DNA of 64,000 nt from an uncultured Bacteroidota bacterium (GTDB taxonomy: Bacteria; Bacteroidota; Bacteroidia; Flavobacteriales; Flavobacteriaceae), in contig CACNIG010000004.1 of assembly GCA_902620455.1 (NCBI GenBank), forward strand, positions 13,936 through 77,935, in the 5' to 3' direction. The notes under the pieces are model-generated. The model searched no databases. It had not been told where the DNA came from and saw only the letters and a list, made by a program, of their open reading frames with translations. Made by a program: the position numbers and the translations under genes. Positions within the stretch are counted from its first letter, which is position 1. Each line of letters starts with the position of its first letter. Shown here piece after piece: positions 1-9,466 of this stretch.

Positions 1-612
1 ATTAAAGAGTTAAATAATCAATCAGGAGATGTTGCTGGCATTAAAACAGCTACTATTCAAATTGATGGTGATTTTGCATTTGGATGGCTCAAAGGAGAAA
101 ATGGTGTTCATCGTCTGGTTAGAATTTCTCCTTTTGATAGTAATGCAAAACGACATACATCATTTGCATCTGTGTATGTTTACCCACTTGTTGATGATAC
201 AATTGAAATAAATATTGCCTCATCAGACCTTGAATGGGAAACCATGAGGTCAGGTGGTGCTGGAGGACAAAGTGTAAATAAGTTAGAAACAGCGGTCAGA
301 CTTAAACATAAGCCAACAGGCATTACTGTTGAAAATTCTGAAACCAGATCACAACTTGATAACAAAGAGAAAGCATTAATGTTGTTAAAATCTCAGTTAT
401 ATGAGATTGAGATCCAAAAAAATAATGAAGAAAAAAAGAAAATTGAGGATTCCAAAAAGAAAATTGAATGGGGATCTCAAATAAGAAATTATGTTCTTCA
501 CCCATATAAAGTTATAAAAGATGTAAGAACTGGTTTTGAATCTGGAAATACCGAAAATATTCTAAATGGTGATATTAATGAATTGCTCAAGTCTTATTTA
601 TTAAAACGTTAA
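1..612 (+). CDS. prfB: peptide chain release factor 2, C-terminal part (5' end lies upstream of the window)
   Basis: Frame 1 is open from nt 1. Translation contains [24 protein letters not shown] (GGQ motif) and [17 protein letters not shown]. Confidence 0.9.
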   Translation: MKELNNQSGDVAGIKTATIQIDGDFAFGWLKGENGVHRLVRISPFDSNAKRHTSFASVYVYPLVDDTIEINIASSDLEWETMRSGGAGGQSVNKLETAVRLKHKPTGITVENSETRSQLDNKEKALMLLKSQLYEIEIQKNNEEKKKIEDSKKKIEWGSQIRNYVLHPYKVIKDVRTGFESGNTENILNGDINELLKSYLLKR

Positions 613-680
613 TTAATTGTAAATACAATTGGTTTGTTAAAATATTAGAGTACTTTCGCTAAAATTATTAAACATTTTAT

Positions 681-875
681 ATGAGTACAGGATTAGTAAA
701 ATTCTTCAACGAGACCAAAGGTTATGGTTTTATTAAAGAAGATGATTCGGATACAGAACATTTCGTTCATGTTTCAGGTCTTATTGACAGGATTACAGAG
801 GGAGATAAAGTAGAATTTGAATTAAAAGAGGGTAATAAAGGTTTAAATGCAATCAACGTAAAAGTTATTTCGTAA
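681..875 (+). CDS. cold-shock protein (CspA family)
   Basis: 64 aa with GLVKFFNETKGYGFI and HFVHVSG, the RNP1/RNP2-like cold-shock motifs. Confidence 0.9.
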   Translation: MSTGLVKFFNETKGYGFIKEDDSDTEHFVHVSGLIDRITEGDKVEFELKEGNKGLNAINVKVIS

Positions 876-893
876 TCACACCTATTACACTAT

Positions 894-918
894 AAAAAGC
901 CCTTAATGGGCTTTTTTT
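894..918. terminator. bidirectional rho-independent terminator between csp and dnaB
   Basis: Stem aaaagccc / gggctttt with loop ttaat. It is flanked by an A-run on one side and a T-run on the other. Confidence 0.6.
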
Positions 919-945
919 ATATATAATATTATTTTTATTTAAAAA

Positions 946-2451
946 CTAGAATGGAATATCATCTTCATCTTTGTTTAAGGGTTCACTAAAGTCACTTAAT
1001 TTATTATCAGGATTAAGTTTAGACTGAAACTCAAAAGAAGAATCAAATCCATCAAGATCTTCAAACTTTCCAAGATTAGCTATGAACTTTAACTTTATAG
1101 AATCTAAAGCACCATTTCTATGCTTTGCTACAATAAATTCACCCTGACCCTCAGAAGGAGTCTTCATTTCATCATCCCACTCGTTAATTCCATAATATTC
1201 TGGTCTATATAAAAAAGAAACAATATCTGCATCTTGCTCAATAGCTCCAGATTCTCTGAGATCTGAAAGAATTGGTCTTTTAGTACCTCCTCTTGTTTCT
1301 ACTGCCCTAGAAAGTTGAGATAAAGCAATCACTGGAATATCAAGCTCTTTTGCCAAAGCTTTAAGATTTCTCGAAATTGTTGAAATTTCTTGTTCTCTAT
1401 TTCCAGCTTTTATAGATGAACCAATATTCATTAATTGTAGATAATCAATAATTATCAATTTTATACCATGGGAGGAGGCAAGTCTTCTTGCTTTTGCTCT
1501 TAATTCAAAAATAGTTAATGATGGACTATCATCTATATACAAGGGAGCAGATTCTAGATCCGAAACTTTAATATTAAGTTGTTGCCACTCATGTTCTGCT
1601 AATTTTCCTGTTCTTAGTTTATCAGAGACAAGACCGGTCTCTGATGAGATTAATCTTGTTATGAGTTGAACCGATGACATCTCTAAGGAGAAAAATGCAA
1701 CAGGTATATTCTGCTTAACGGATATATCTCTAGCCATTGAGAGGGCAAATGCAGTTTTACCCATTCCTGGTCTAGCAGCAACAATTACTAGATCACTTGG
1801 TTGCCAACCTGAAGTTAATTTATCAAGTTTATCAAAACCTGTTGAAATTCCACTTAAAGCTCCTTCTCTTTTTTCAATCTCCTCAATTCTTTTTTTAGCT
1901 TTGAGAACAAGAGTTTGTGCTGTTTCACTTGTTCCTCTTAAATTTCCTTGAGCAACATCATATAATTTTGACTCTGCTTCATCTAATAAATCCATTACAT
2001 CTGATGTTTCATCATAGGATTTTTGAATGATTTCATTTGAAATGGTTATTAATTTTCTCTGAATATATTTTTGAAGTATAATTCTTGAGTGAAACTCTAT
2101 ATGAGCAGATGATGATACTTTCTGTGATAGGTTTATCAGATAAAAATCTCCACCTACAGTTTCAAAATTTTTATTTTTCTTAAGATCTGCAGAAACAGTT
2201 AATAAATCAATTGGCTCAGACTCCCTAAATAATCTTTCAATAGATTCGTAGATAAGTTGATGAGATTTCTTGTAAAAAACTTCAGGAGATAAAATCTCTA
2301 TTATTTCGTTAACTCCTTTTTCATCAATCAGCATTGCACCTATGACAGCTTCTTCTAGATCAATTGCTTGAGGTGGAATCTTTCCATCAGACAGGTTTAC
2401 AATCGAGGAATTATCATTTTCGTATATTTTTAAGGGATTCCTATTCTCCAT
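946..2451 (-). CDS. dnaB: replicative DNA helicase DnaB
   Basis: 501 aa. Walker A ARPGMGKTAF, the IIDYLQLM motif and the PPQAIDLEEAVIGAML N-terminal domain. Confidence 0.95.
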   Translation of the reverse strand: MENRNPLKIYENDNSSIVNLSDGKIPPQAIDLEEAVIGAMLIDEKGVNEIIEILSPEVFYKKSHQLIYESIERLFRESEPIDLLTVSADLKKNKNFETVGGDFYLINLSQKVSSSAHIEFHSRIILQKYIQRKLITISNEIIQKSYDETSDVMDLLDEAESKLYDVAQGNLRGTSETAQTLVLKAKKRIEEIEKREGALSGISTGFDKLDKLTSGWQPSDLVIVAARPGMGKTAFALSMARDISVKQNIPVAFFSLEMSSVQLITRLISSETGLVSDKLRTGKLAEHEWQQLNIKVSDLESAPLYIDDSPSLTIFELRAKARRLASSHGIKLIIIDYLQLMNIGSSIKAGNREQEISTISRNLKALAKELDIPVIALSQLSRAVETRGGTKRPILSDLRESGAIEQDADIVSFLYRPEYYGINEWDDEMKTPSEGQGEFIVAKHRNGALDSIKLKFIANLGKFEDLDGFDSSFEFQSKLNPDNKLSDFSEPLNKDEDDIPF

Positions 2452-2563
2452 ATGGTAAATGTATGGAAAATGAAAAATTTAAATTCACAATTCTTTAATG
2501 AAATCAAAAATTTTTTAAACAAGAAAAATGTTGATAAGTATTGAAAAATGTTAATACAGAAAT

Positions 2564-3517
2564 TTAACCTCGAAAATTTCCAATTTTTGTGAACTTTTTT
2601 CTGCGATTGTTGATCATTTTATTTTTTGGTAAGGACTTAATTTTTTTATGAAATAATAAAATATTTTCTTTTACAGATTTAAAAGTTTCATTAGGATCAT
2701 AATGAGCTCCTCCAAGTGGTTCATTAATAATTTTATCAATAAGCTTATTTTTAAGCATATCATGGGCAGTCAATTTAAGTGCTTCTGCAGCCTCTTCTTT
2801 ATGTTCCCAGCTTCTCCATAGTATAGAAGAGCATGACTCAGGAGATATTACTGAGTACCATGTATTCTCGAGCATTAATATCTTATCTCCCACTCCAATA
2901 CCTAAGGCTCCACCAGATGCGCCTTCACCAATAATTATAGAAATTATAGGAACTTTAATATTCATCATTTCATAAATATTCCTAGCTATAGCTTCACCTT
3001 GTCCTCTTTCTTCAGCATCTTGGCCTGGATAAGCTCCAGGTGTATCTATTAAAGTAACAATCGGAATGTTAAATTTTTCAGCATGCCTCATTAACCTAAG
3101 TGCTTTTCTATACCCCTCGGGCTTTGCCATGCCAAAATTTCTATATTGTCTTGTTTTTGTATTATAACCTTTTTGAGTTCCAATAAACATAAATGATTGA
3201 TTATCTATTTTACCAAGACCACCAATCATAGCCTTATCATCACTTACATTTCTATCACCATGCATTTCTAAGAAGGAATCACCACAAATATATTTAATGT
3301 AATCCAAGGTGTAAGGCCTGTTTGGATGCCTTGAAAGTTGAACTCTTTGCCATGCAGACAAATTTCCATAGATATCTTTTTTTGTTTCAACAAGCTTTTT
3401 TTGAAGAAGATTGTAAGTCTTAGTGATGTCTACATCAGATTCATCCTCGATTGACTTACACTTGTCTATTTGATCTAAAATTTCTTTTATTGGAACTTCA
3501 AATTCTAAAAACTCCAT
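2564..3517 (-). CDS. accA: acetyl-CoA carboxylase carboxyltransferase alpha subunit
   Basis: 317 aa with [20 protein letters not shown] and [11 protein letters not shown]. Confidence 0.95.
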   Translation of the reverse strand: MEFLEFEVPIKEILDQIDKCKSIEDESDVDITKTYNLLQKKLVETKKDIYGNLSAWQRVQLSRHPNRPYTLDYIKYICGDSFLEMHGDRNVSDDKAMIGGLGKIDNQSFMFIGTQKGYNTKTRQYRNFGMAKPEGYRKALRLMRHAEKFNIPIVTLIDTPGAYPGQDAEERGQGEAIARNIYEMMNIKVPIISIIIGEGASGGALGIGVGDKILMLENTWYSVISPESCSSILWRSWEHKEEAAEALKLTAHDMLKNKLIDKIINEPLGGAHYDPNETFKSVKENILLFHKKIKSLPKNKMINNRRKKFTKIGNFRG

Positions 3518-3554
3518 ACTTAAAAATTTATGTAAATATAGTTTAATTATTAAT

Positions 3555-4625
3555 CTATCTAATAGCCTTTTTTAATAGAAAAACTGCAATCATTAAAAAA
3601 ATTAAAAGAATTCCCCATGATGCGATTGCAGGAGAAAAATTTGACTTTATTACTAAAACACTAAAAATTTTATCTAAAAAGATAAATAAAAAACCAAGAG
3701 ATACACCTATTGCTAAATTACTACCTGTTCCACCTCTTCTTTTAAAAGAGGAAACGGATAATCCTATTAAAGTTAGTATAAAACATGAAAGTGGTATTGT
3801 ATATCTTTTATGTCTCACTAGCAAATGAGAGTTTATTAGGGGTGACCCAGCTCTTTTTTCGTATTTAATAAGTCTATTTAATTCAAAGAAATTTAGTGTT
3901 TCAGCAACATAATTTAATGGAGCTAGATCATCTATGTTAAAGTCCAATATTGTGTCTTTCCTTGTTAATCTTTCAACGTACTCTTCTCCATCAATAATTT
4001 CTCTTTTCACATAATTTGTAAGTCTAAGAATTGAATCATCCCATCTAATAGTAGTGGCAGAAATTTTATGCTTTAAAACATTTCCATCAAAATTCTCAAG
4101 TGTAAAATTCAATGCTCTTTTTCTTGAAGGGTCATAACTACTAGCATATATGTATTCATTTTCATTGATTTGTTTGAAAAGTCTTGATGTATTTCTTTTA
4201 CTATCTGATTTGATGTATTCAGAAATAAATTCATTAAAGTTTTGATTAGATTTTGGTACAATAAACATTCCTGAGAATAGCGCTAATAAAACTATAACTG
4301 AAGCTGAAATGAAATATGGTTTGGCAAATCTGCGAAAAGAAAGGCCTGAGGAAAGAATCGCTGTTATTTCAGTATTGTTAGCTAGTCTAGAGGTGAAAAA
4401 AATGACTGCAAGAAAAAGGAATACAGGATAAAGTTGGCTGCCAAAATACCAAACAAAGTCTGTATAATAACCTAGAATTAAATCTGCAGGCACTTCATTC
4501 TCTCGAAATTTATCAATTTTCTCGGCAAAATCTACCATAATTCCTATTGGGATAAATAGGCCAAACATTACAAAAAAAGTACTGAGATATTTTTTGATTA
4601 TATACTTATCTATAATCTTCATCAT
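3555..4625 (-). CDS. LptF/LptG (YjgP/YjgQ) family LPS export permease
   Basis: 356 aa. Start [13 protein letters not shown], multiple TM segments and a central periplasmic domain, as is typical of the family. Confidence 0.75.
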   Translation of the reverse strand: MMKIIDKYIIKKYLSTFFVMFGLFIPIGIMVDFAEKIDKFRENEVPADLILGYYTDFVWYFGSQLYPVFLFLAVIFFTSRLANNTEITAILSSGLSFRRFAKPYFISASVIVLLALFSGMFIVPKSNQNFNEFISEYIKSDSKRNTSRLFKQINENEYIYASSYDPSRKRALNFTLENFDGNVLKHKISATTIRWDDSILRLTNYVKREIIDGEEYVERLTRKDTILDFNIDDLAPLNYVAETLNFFELNRLIKYEKRAGSPLINSHLLVRHKRYTIPLSCFILTLIGLSVSSFKRRGGTGSNLAIGVSLGFLFIFLDKIFSVLVIKSNFSPAIASWGILLIFLMIAVFLLKKAIR

Positions 4626-4737
4626 TTCAAAAATAATAAAGTAATTAACATCAAAAATAGATTGTTAATTATTTATATATAATTTGTAATAAAAAGAATT
4701 TTGATACTGACAGTTTAATTATACATTTACAAACAAA

Positions 4738-5565
4738 ATGAGCAGGAACCTAGATAATCTGGTAATACAAACAAGGAGGGACATACTAAGAATGGTTCAT
4801 GCTGTAAATTCTGGCCATCCTGGAGGCTCTCTTGGTTGTGTGGAGTTTTTTGTTACACTGTACAACAAAATAATGAAACATGATCATGACAATTTTTCAA
4901 ATGACATATTTATTTTATCAAATGGACATATCTCACCAGTCTATTATAGTACATTAGCAAGAGCTGGATATTTTGATATAAAAGAGCTTAGCACTTTTAG
5001 AAAAATTAACTCAAGACTGCAGGGTCATCCTACAAATCATGATAATTTGCCTGGTGTTAATATATCATCTGGTTCGCTCGGTCAAGGTTTGTCAGTTGGA
5101 ATTGGAGTAGCTCTTTCTAAAAAATTAAACAATGACAATTCGCTTGTTTATGTTTTAACTGGTGATGGAGAACTTCAAGAAGGACAAAACTGGGAAGCAT
5201 TTATGTATGCATCAGCAAATAATGTTGACAACATAATTGTTACAGTCGATTTTAATGGTCAGCAGATTGATGGATCAACAGAAGATGTATTAGATATCGG
5301 TAATTTAAAATTAAAGCTTGAATCTTTTAATTGGAAAGTTCTTGAGATTGAAAATGGAAACTCTCTGGAGGATGTTTATAAAACCTTAAATGAAGCAAAA
5401 GATAATAGTATGAAAGGTAAACCAGTTGTAATACTTATGAAAACAATTATGGGAAATGGAGTTGATTTTATGATGCATAGTCACAAATGGCATGGTGTAG
5501 CTCCAAATGATGAACAACTAAAGGAAGCATTAAATCAAAATCCCGAAACTTTAGGAGATTATTAA
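4738..5565 (+). CDS. transketolase, N-terminal (TPP-binding) subunit
   Basis: SGHPGGSLG, GHISPVYY and GDGELQEGQNWEA motifs. The 275-aa split form is followed immediately by the C-terminal subunit. Confidence 0.9.
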   Translation: MSRNLDNLVIQTRRDILRMVHAVNSGHPGGSLGCVEFFVTLYNKIMKHDHDNFSNDIFILSNGHISPVYYSTLARAGYFDIKELSTFRKINSRLQGHPTNHDNLPGVNISSGSLGQGLSVGIGVALSKKLNNDNSLVYVLTGDGELQEGQNWEAFMYASANNVDNIIVTVDFNGQQIDGSTEDVLDIGNLKLKLESFNWKVLEIENGNSLEDVYKTLNEAKDNSMKGKPVVILMKTIMGNGVDFMMHSHKWHGVAPNDEQLKEALNQNPETLGDY

Positions 5566-5566
5566 G

Positions 5567-6526
5567 ATGAAAAAATTTATTAATCAAGGGAATAAAGACA
5601 CAAGATCTGGTTTTGGTGAGGGTCTTACAGAACTTGGTAGAAATAATAGTGATGTTGTAGCACTTTGTGCAGATTTAACAGGTTCTCTGAAGATGAATAC
5701 ATTTGCTGATGAAAATCCTGAAAGGTTTTTTCAAGTAGGTATTGCTGAGGCAAATATGATGGGACTTGCTGCTGGATTGGCTACTGGAGGTAAAATTCCC
5801 TTTACTGGCACTTTTGCAAATTTTTCTACTGGAAGAGTTTATGATCAAATTAGACAATCAATTGCATATTCTAATAAAAATGTAAAAATTTGTGCTTCTC
5901 ATGCTGGAGTAACATTAGGAGAAGATGGTGCCACTCATCAAATTCTTGAAGATATTGGACTTATGAAAATGCTACCAGGTATGACTGTAATTAATACATG
6001 TGATTTTAATCAGACTAAATCTGCCACAATTGAAATATGTAATTTTGAAGGACCAGTATATTTAAGATTTGGCAGACCCAAAGTTGCAAATTTTACAAAT
6101 CCACTTGATAAATTTCAAATTGGAAAAGGTATTTTATTAAATGAGGGTAATGACGTTACCATTGTTGCAACTGGTCATCTAGTCTGGGAGGCGATACAAG
6201 CAGCAGAGAAATTATATGAAAATGGTATAAATCCTGAAATTATTAATATTCACACTATCAAACCACTTGATGAGAAAATAATTTTAAAATCAGTAAAAAA
6301 GACAGGCTGTATAGTATCTGCTGAGGAACACAATATATTTGGTGGATTAGGTGAAAGTGTTGCTAGACTTCTAACATCGAAGGCTCCATACCCCCAAGAA
6401 TTTGTTGGAACTAATGATACATTTGGAGAGTCTGGAACTCCAACTGAACTTATGAATAAATATGGCCTTAATATGGATTCTATTTATGATGCAGTGATGA
6501 ATGTAATGAAAAGGAAGGCCAAATGA
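5567..6526 (+). CDS. transketolase, C-terminal (pyrimidine-binding) subunit
   Basis: FQVGIAEANMMG and EDGATHQ motifs. Starts 1 nt after the stop of the N-terminal subunit. Confidence 0.9.
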   Translation: MKKFINQGNKDTRSGFGEGLTELGRNNSDVVALCADLTGSLKMNTFADENPERFFQVGIAEANMMGLAAGLATGGKIPFTGTFANFSTGRVYDQIRQSIAYSNKNVKICASHAGVTLGEDGATHQILEDIGLMKMLPGMTVINTCDFNQTKSATIEICNFEGPVYLRFGRPKVANFTNPLDKFQIGKGILLNEGNDVTIVATGHLVWEAIQAAEKLYENGINPEIINIHTIKPLDEKIILKSVKKTGCIVSAEEHNIFGGLGESVARLLTSKAPYPQEFVGTNDTFGESGTPTELMNKYGLNMDSIYDAVMNVMKRKAK

Positions 6527-7194
6527 GAATATCTGTTTTATTTTTTTTATTTACATCAAGCATGCTTTTGGCTCAAGGGAGTCTTGGTGTGAATTTTGGT
6601 TTAAATGATGATAATTTTGGTTCTATTGAAAATATTAAAACTAAAGTTGATGATTATAATCTTGATCTAAAAAACTCAACTGGTTTTCAACTAGGTGTTT
6701 TTACCGAAATTGACTTAATTACTTTTTACATAAGACCTGAGATTAATTTAATTTTTTCAAAATCAAAAAATGGTACTGCTTTTACAAGTCTGGATAATAA
6801 TACCTCAATGATAAATGAATCTATTAATATTGCTGAACACTCATACAAATCTACAGATATTCAAGTCCCAATTATCTTTGGATACAAAATCTTTGGTCCA
6901 ATCAGCCTATTTGCTGGGCCTACTTTTAAATACAATTTATCAAATTCAAGTAATTTTGATCTGGAAAAAATCAAAGATAAATATAATTTAAGCATATTAC
7001 TTGGAACCAGAGTCAAAGTTAGATCTTTTAGTGTAGGTTTAAGATATGAGAGGGGCCTTAACAGTGATGAATTACTTATAATTAATGCAAATGGTATTGA
7101 CCTTGATGATGCAAATGTGGATACAACAACCAATAAATTATCACTAAATATATCTTACGATATACCTTATGATATTTTTAAAAAGAAAGATTAA
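6523..7194 (+). CDS. putative outer-membrane beta-barrel protein
   Basis: Signal peptide, alternating beta-strand-like pattern and a C-terminal aromatic-rich end. ATGA overlap with the upstream gene. No specific family recognised. Confidence 0.5.
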   Translation: MRISVLFFLFTSSMLLAQGSLGVNFGLNDDNFGSIENIKTKVDDYNLDLKNSTGFQLGVFTEIDLITFYIRPEINLIFSKSKNGTAFTSLDNNTSMINESINIAEHSYKSTDIQVPIIFGYKIFGPISLFAGPTFKYNLSNSSNFDLEKIKDKYNLSILLGTRVKVRSFSVGLRYERGLNSDELLIINANGIDLDDANVDTTTNKLSLNISYDIPYDIFKKKD

Positions 7195-8066
7195 TTATTA
7201 GGATCTAAATAATCTGGAGTTCCATCATTGTTAGAGTCATCAATAACATTATCGTTATTTTTATCAATTTCATTTATTGTTAAAATACCATCACCATCAT
7301 CATCAACATCATACATATTCCATAAATTATCACCATCAGAATCATCCCCAAAAGGTTTACCATCTCCATCTACATCTTCAAAAATTGAAAGTATTCCATC
7401 GTTGTCATGATCTGTCGGTGTGTAGGTCATTAATTTAACTGAAAAGATTAAGGGAGAATATTCTGGAATTCCTGAGGAGGTATTCTCAAAATAACCTATT
7501 CCAGATGGCATAAAGAATATACCTACTCCAAACGAAGTGTAAGATATTGTCCCATTTGAGTTTTCAGTAAAGTTTCCTGTTTTAAGCTCTGAAACACCTT
7601 CTCTAAAACCTTCTAAGGAATTAGCAAGGTCTAACCAGATTGGAAATTTTCTATTATCAAAAACATACCCATCAGTTAAAAGTCCATCATAGGCAATATA
7701 AACAGAATCAGCTACTGATGGTTTTTCATTGAGTCCTTCTCTAGCAATTATATAATAAAGATTATGACTGACATTATCTCCATTAGAGTCTGTCACGTTT
7801 ATAGTTTTGACATTAGCTAAGTCGTATAGAGATTGTCTAGATGAATTAAAATCGGTTAGTGTATCAATTTTAACATCAACATTAATTTGATTAACAAAGT
7901 CCTCATAATTAAAAGTATGAGTTCTTAAATAATCCTCTAAAAGTTGATGATCAACATTTACTTGTTCACTATATTCCCTTATAACATACTCAGGATCGTC
8001 ATCATCTTTCTTACATTGAGTTAATATCAAAAATAAAGGAATAAGAAAAAGTAGTTTTTTCTTCAT
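7191..8066 (-). CDS. FKBP-like lipoprotein with C-terminal thrombospondin-type-3-like Ca-binding repeats
   Basis: Lipobox LILTQC and the FKBP-like YIAYDGLLTDGYVFD. The tail has repeated DxDxDG motifs (DNDGIL, DVDGDG, DSDGDN, DDDGDG, NNDGTPD). Confidence 0.6.
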   Translation of the reverse strand: MKKKLLFLIPLFLILTQCKKDDDDPEYVIREYSEQVNVDHQLLEDYLRTHTFNYEDFVNQINVDVKIDTLTDFNSSRQSLYDLANVKTINVTDSNGDNVSHNLYYIIAREGLNEKPSVADSVYIAYDGLLTDGYVFDNRKFPIWLDLANSLEGFREGVSELKTGNFTENSNGTISYTSFGVGIFFMPSGIGYFENTSSGIPEYSPLIFSVKLMTYTPTDHDNDGILSIFEDVDGDGKPFGDDSDGDNLWNMYDVDDDGDGILTINEIDKNNDNVIDDSNNDGTPDYLDPNN

Positions 8067-8116
8067 AATTTAGTGCGAAGATACAATATTACTTTATTTA
8101 ACTATAGTGTATTAAG

Positions 8117-8623
8117 ATGAAAAAAGACAATTCCAAAAATATTATTTTAGATTATCAAGATGTAGAAAACAAGATAAAAAGAATTAGTCTCGAAATTCTT
8201 GAAGATAATATTGATCAAAAAAAATTAATTCTTTTTGGAGTATCAAAAAATGGAAAAATTATTGCAAAAAAAATTATTGAACTAATAAAAAAATATTCTA
8301 AAATTGATCTTGAACTAATTGGTGTTGAAATTGTTTTGAATTCAAAAAATGTATTAAAGTTTGACAAGAGTTTTAGAGTAAATAATAGATCGGTAATAAT
8401 TGTGAGTGATGTTTCCCAATCTGCAAAAACTCTTCAGCTTATAATAAGTAGTCTAATGTCTCAAGACCCCTTTAAGATCAAAACTGCTGTAATGGTTAAT
8501 AGAGATCATTCCTTATTTCCAGTTAAAATTAACTTTTCAGGACTAAACTTATCTACATCTGTAAATGAACACGTTGATGTAAGTGTTAATAAAGATGAAG
8601 AATTTACAGTTTATTTAAACTAA
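8117..8623 (+). CDS. phosphoribosyltransferase-fold protein (PyrR-like) with a degenerate PRPP loop
   Basis: 168 aa with type-I PRT layout. The PRPP-loop position reads VIIVSDVSQSAKT instead of the usual acidic pair plus TG. Confidence 0.5.
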   Translation: MKKDNSKNIILDYQDVENKIKRISLEILEDNIDQKKLILFGVSKNGKIIAKKIIELIKKYSKIDLELIGVEIVLNSKNVLKFDKSFRVNNRSVIIVSDVSQSAKTLQLIISSLMSQDPFKIKTAVMVNRDHSLFPVKINFSGLNLSTSVNEHVDVSVNKDEEFTVYLN

Positions 8624-9148
8624 TTCATTGATTAGCTTAATTGTGTCATTTACCTCTATATCATCAGTTATGATTTTAACATCTGATTTTTCATAGAAGA
8701 AGCTTCTTTCAAACAAATGCTTTGATATAAAGTCTCTCAAATCCTCATCATCTTTTAAATGTGATATAAGTGGTCTTTTAGCGATCGAATTCTTTAATCT
8801 TTTAACCAATGTATTGACATTTGCTTTTAAATATATAGAAAGTGAATTAGTAGAATTAAGAATAATATCTAAATTATTATCGAAACAAGGGGTTCCACCT
8901 CCTGTTGAAATTATTTTCTTCTCTTTTTTTGAAGATAACTGATCAAGGTATTTATTCTCAATTTTTCTAAAATAAACTTCATTTTCTTGATCAAATATAT
9001 CAGAGACTTTTTTACCTTCCTTTATCTCAATATAATCATCTAGATCATAAAACTTATAATTAATTTTTTTTGATAATGATTTACCTATTACAGACTTACC
9101 TGCACCCATGTAACCTATTAAAAAAATAGTGTTAAAAGTTTTATTCAT
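8615..9148 (-). CDS. aroK: shikimate kinase
   Basis: GYMGAGKS P-loop, 177 aa, ISTGGG motif. Confidence 0.9.
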   Translation of the reverse strand: MNKTFNTIFLIGYMGAGKSVIGKSLSKKINYKFYDLDDYIEIKEGKKVSDIFDQENEVYFRKIENKYLDQLSSKKEKKIISTGGGTPCFDNNLDIILNSTNSLSIYLKANVNTLVKRLKNSIAKRPLISHLKDDEDLRDFISKHLFERSFFYEKSDVKIITDDIEVNDTIKLINELV

Positions 9149-9198
9149 ATTAACAAATTTATAATAAAAAACATCATTGATTAATCAATATTTCAGTG

Positions 9199-9206
9199 TA
9201 TATTTG
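9199..9206 (+). promoter_or_regulatory. Bacteroidota-type -7 box TATATTTG for the tRNA-Lys/tRNA-Leu transcript
   Basis: Exact TAnnTTTG match 12 nt before the mature tRNA 5' end. A TTG lies within the palindrome attgattaatcaat (9176-9189), about 20 nt upstream. Confidence 0.45.
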
Positions 9207-9218
9207 ACATCTTTTTAA

Positions 9219-9291
9219 GACCTGGTAGCTCAGTTGGTAGAGCATCTCCCTTTTAAGGAGAGGGTCCTGGGTTCGAGCCCCAGCCAGGTCA
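9219..9291 (+). tRNA. tRNA-Lys (anticodon TTT)
   Basis: Hand-folded cloverleaf: acceptor gacctgg/ccaggtc, anticodon arm tctcc-cttttaa-ggaga, T-loop ttcgagc. Confidence 0.95.
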
Positions 9292-9305
9292 CTACCCTTT
9301 TTTTA

Positions 9306-9390
9306 GCCTACGTGGTGAAATTGGTATACACGCTACCTTGAGGGGGTAGTTCGAATTTTTCGAGTGCTGGTTCGAGTCCAGTCGTAGGCA
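9306..9390 (+). tRNA. tRNA-Leu (anticodon GAG), class II with long variable arm
   Basis: Acceptor gcctacg/cgtaggc, anticodon arm ctacc-ttgaggg-ggtag, variable hairpin tcgaa-ttt-ttcga, T arm gctgg-ttcgagt-ccagt. Confidence 0.95.
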
Positions 9391-9444
9391 CAATACTTCC
9401 CACGATATTAGACTTTCTATTTCAACATTAAGGTTAAACATTTA

Positions 9445-9466
9445 CTACTATATTACTACTTTTTAA
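9445..9466. repeat. 22-nt direct repeat, copy A (tactactatattactacttttt), overlapping the lipoprotein stop codon
   Basis: 21/22 identical to 11356-11377 in the same orientation. Confidence 0.8.
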
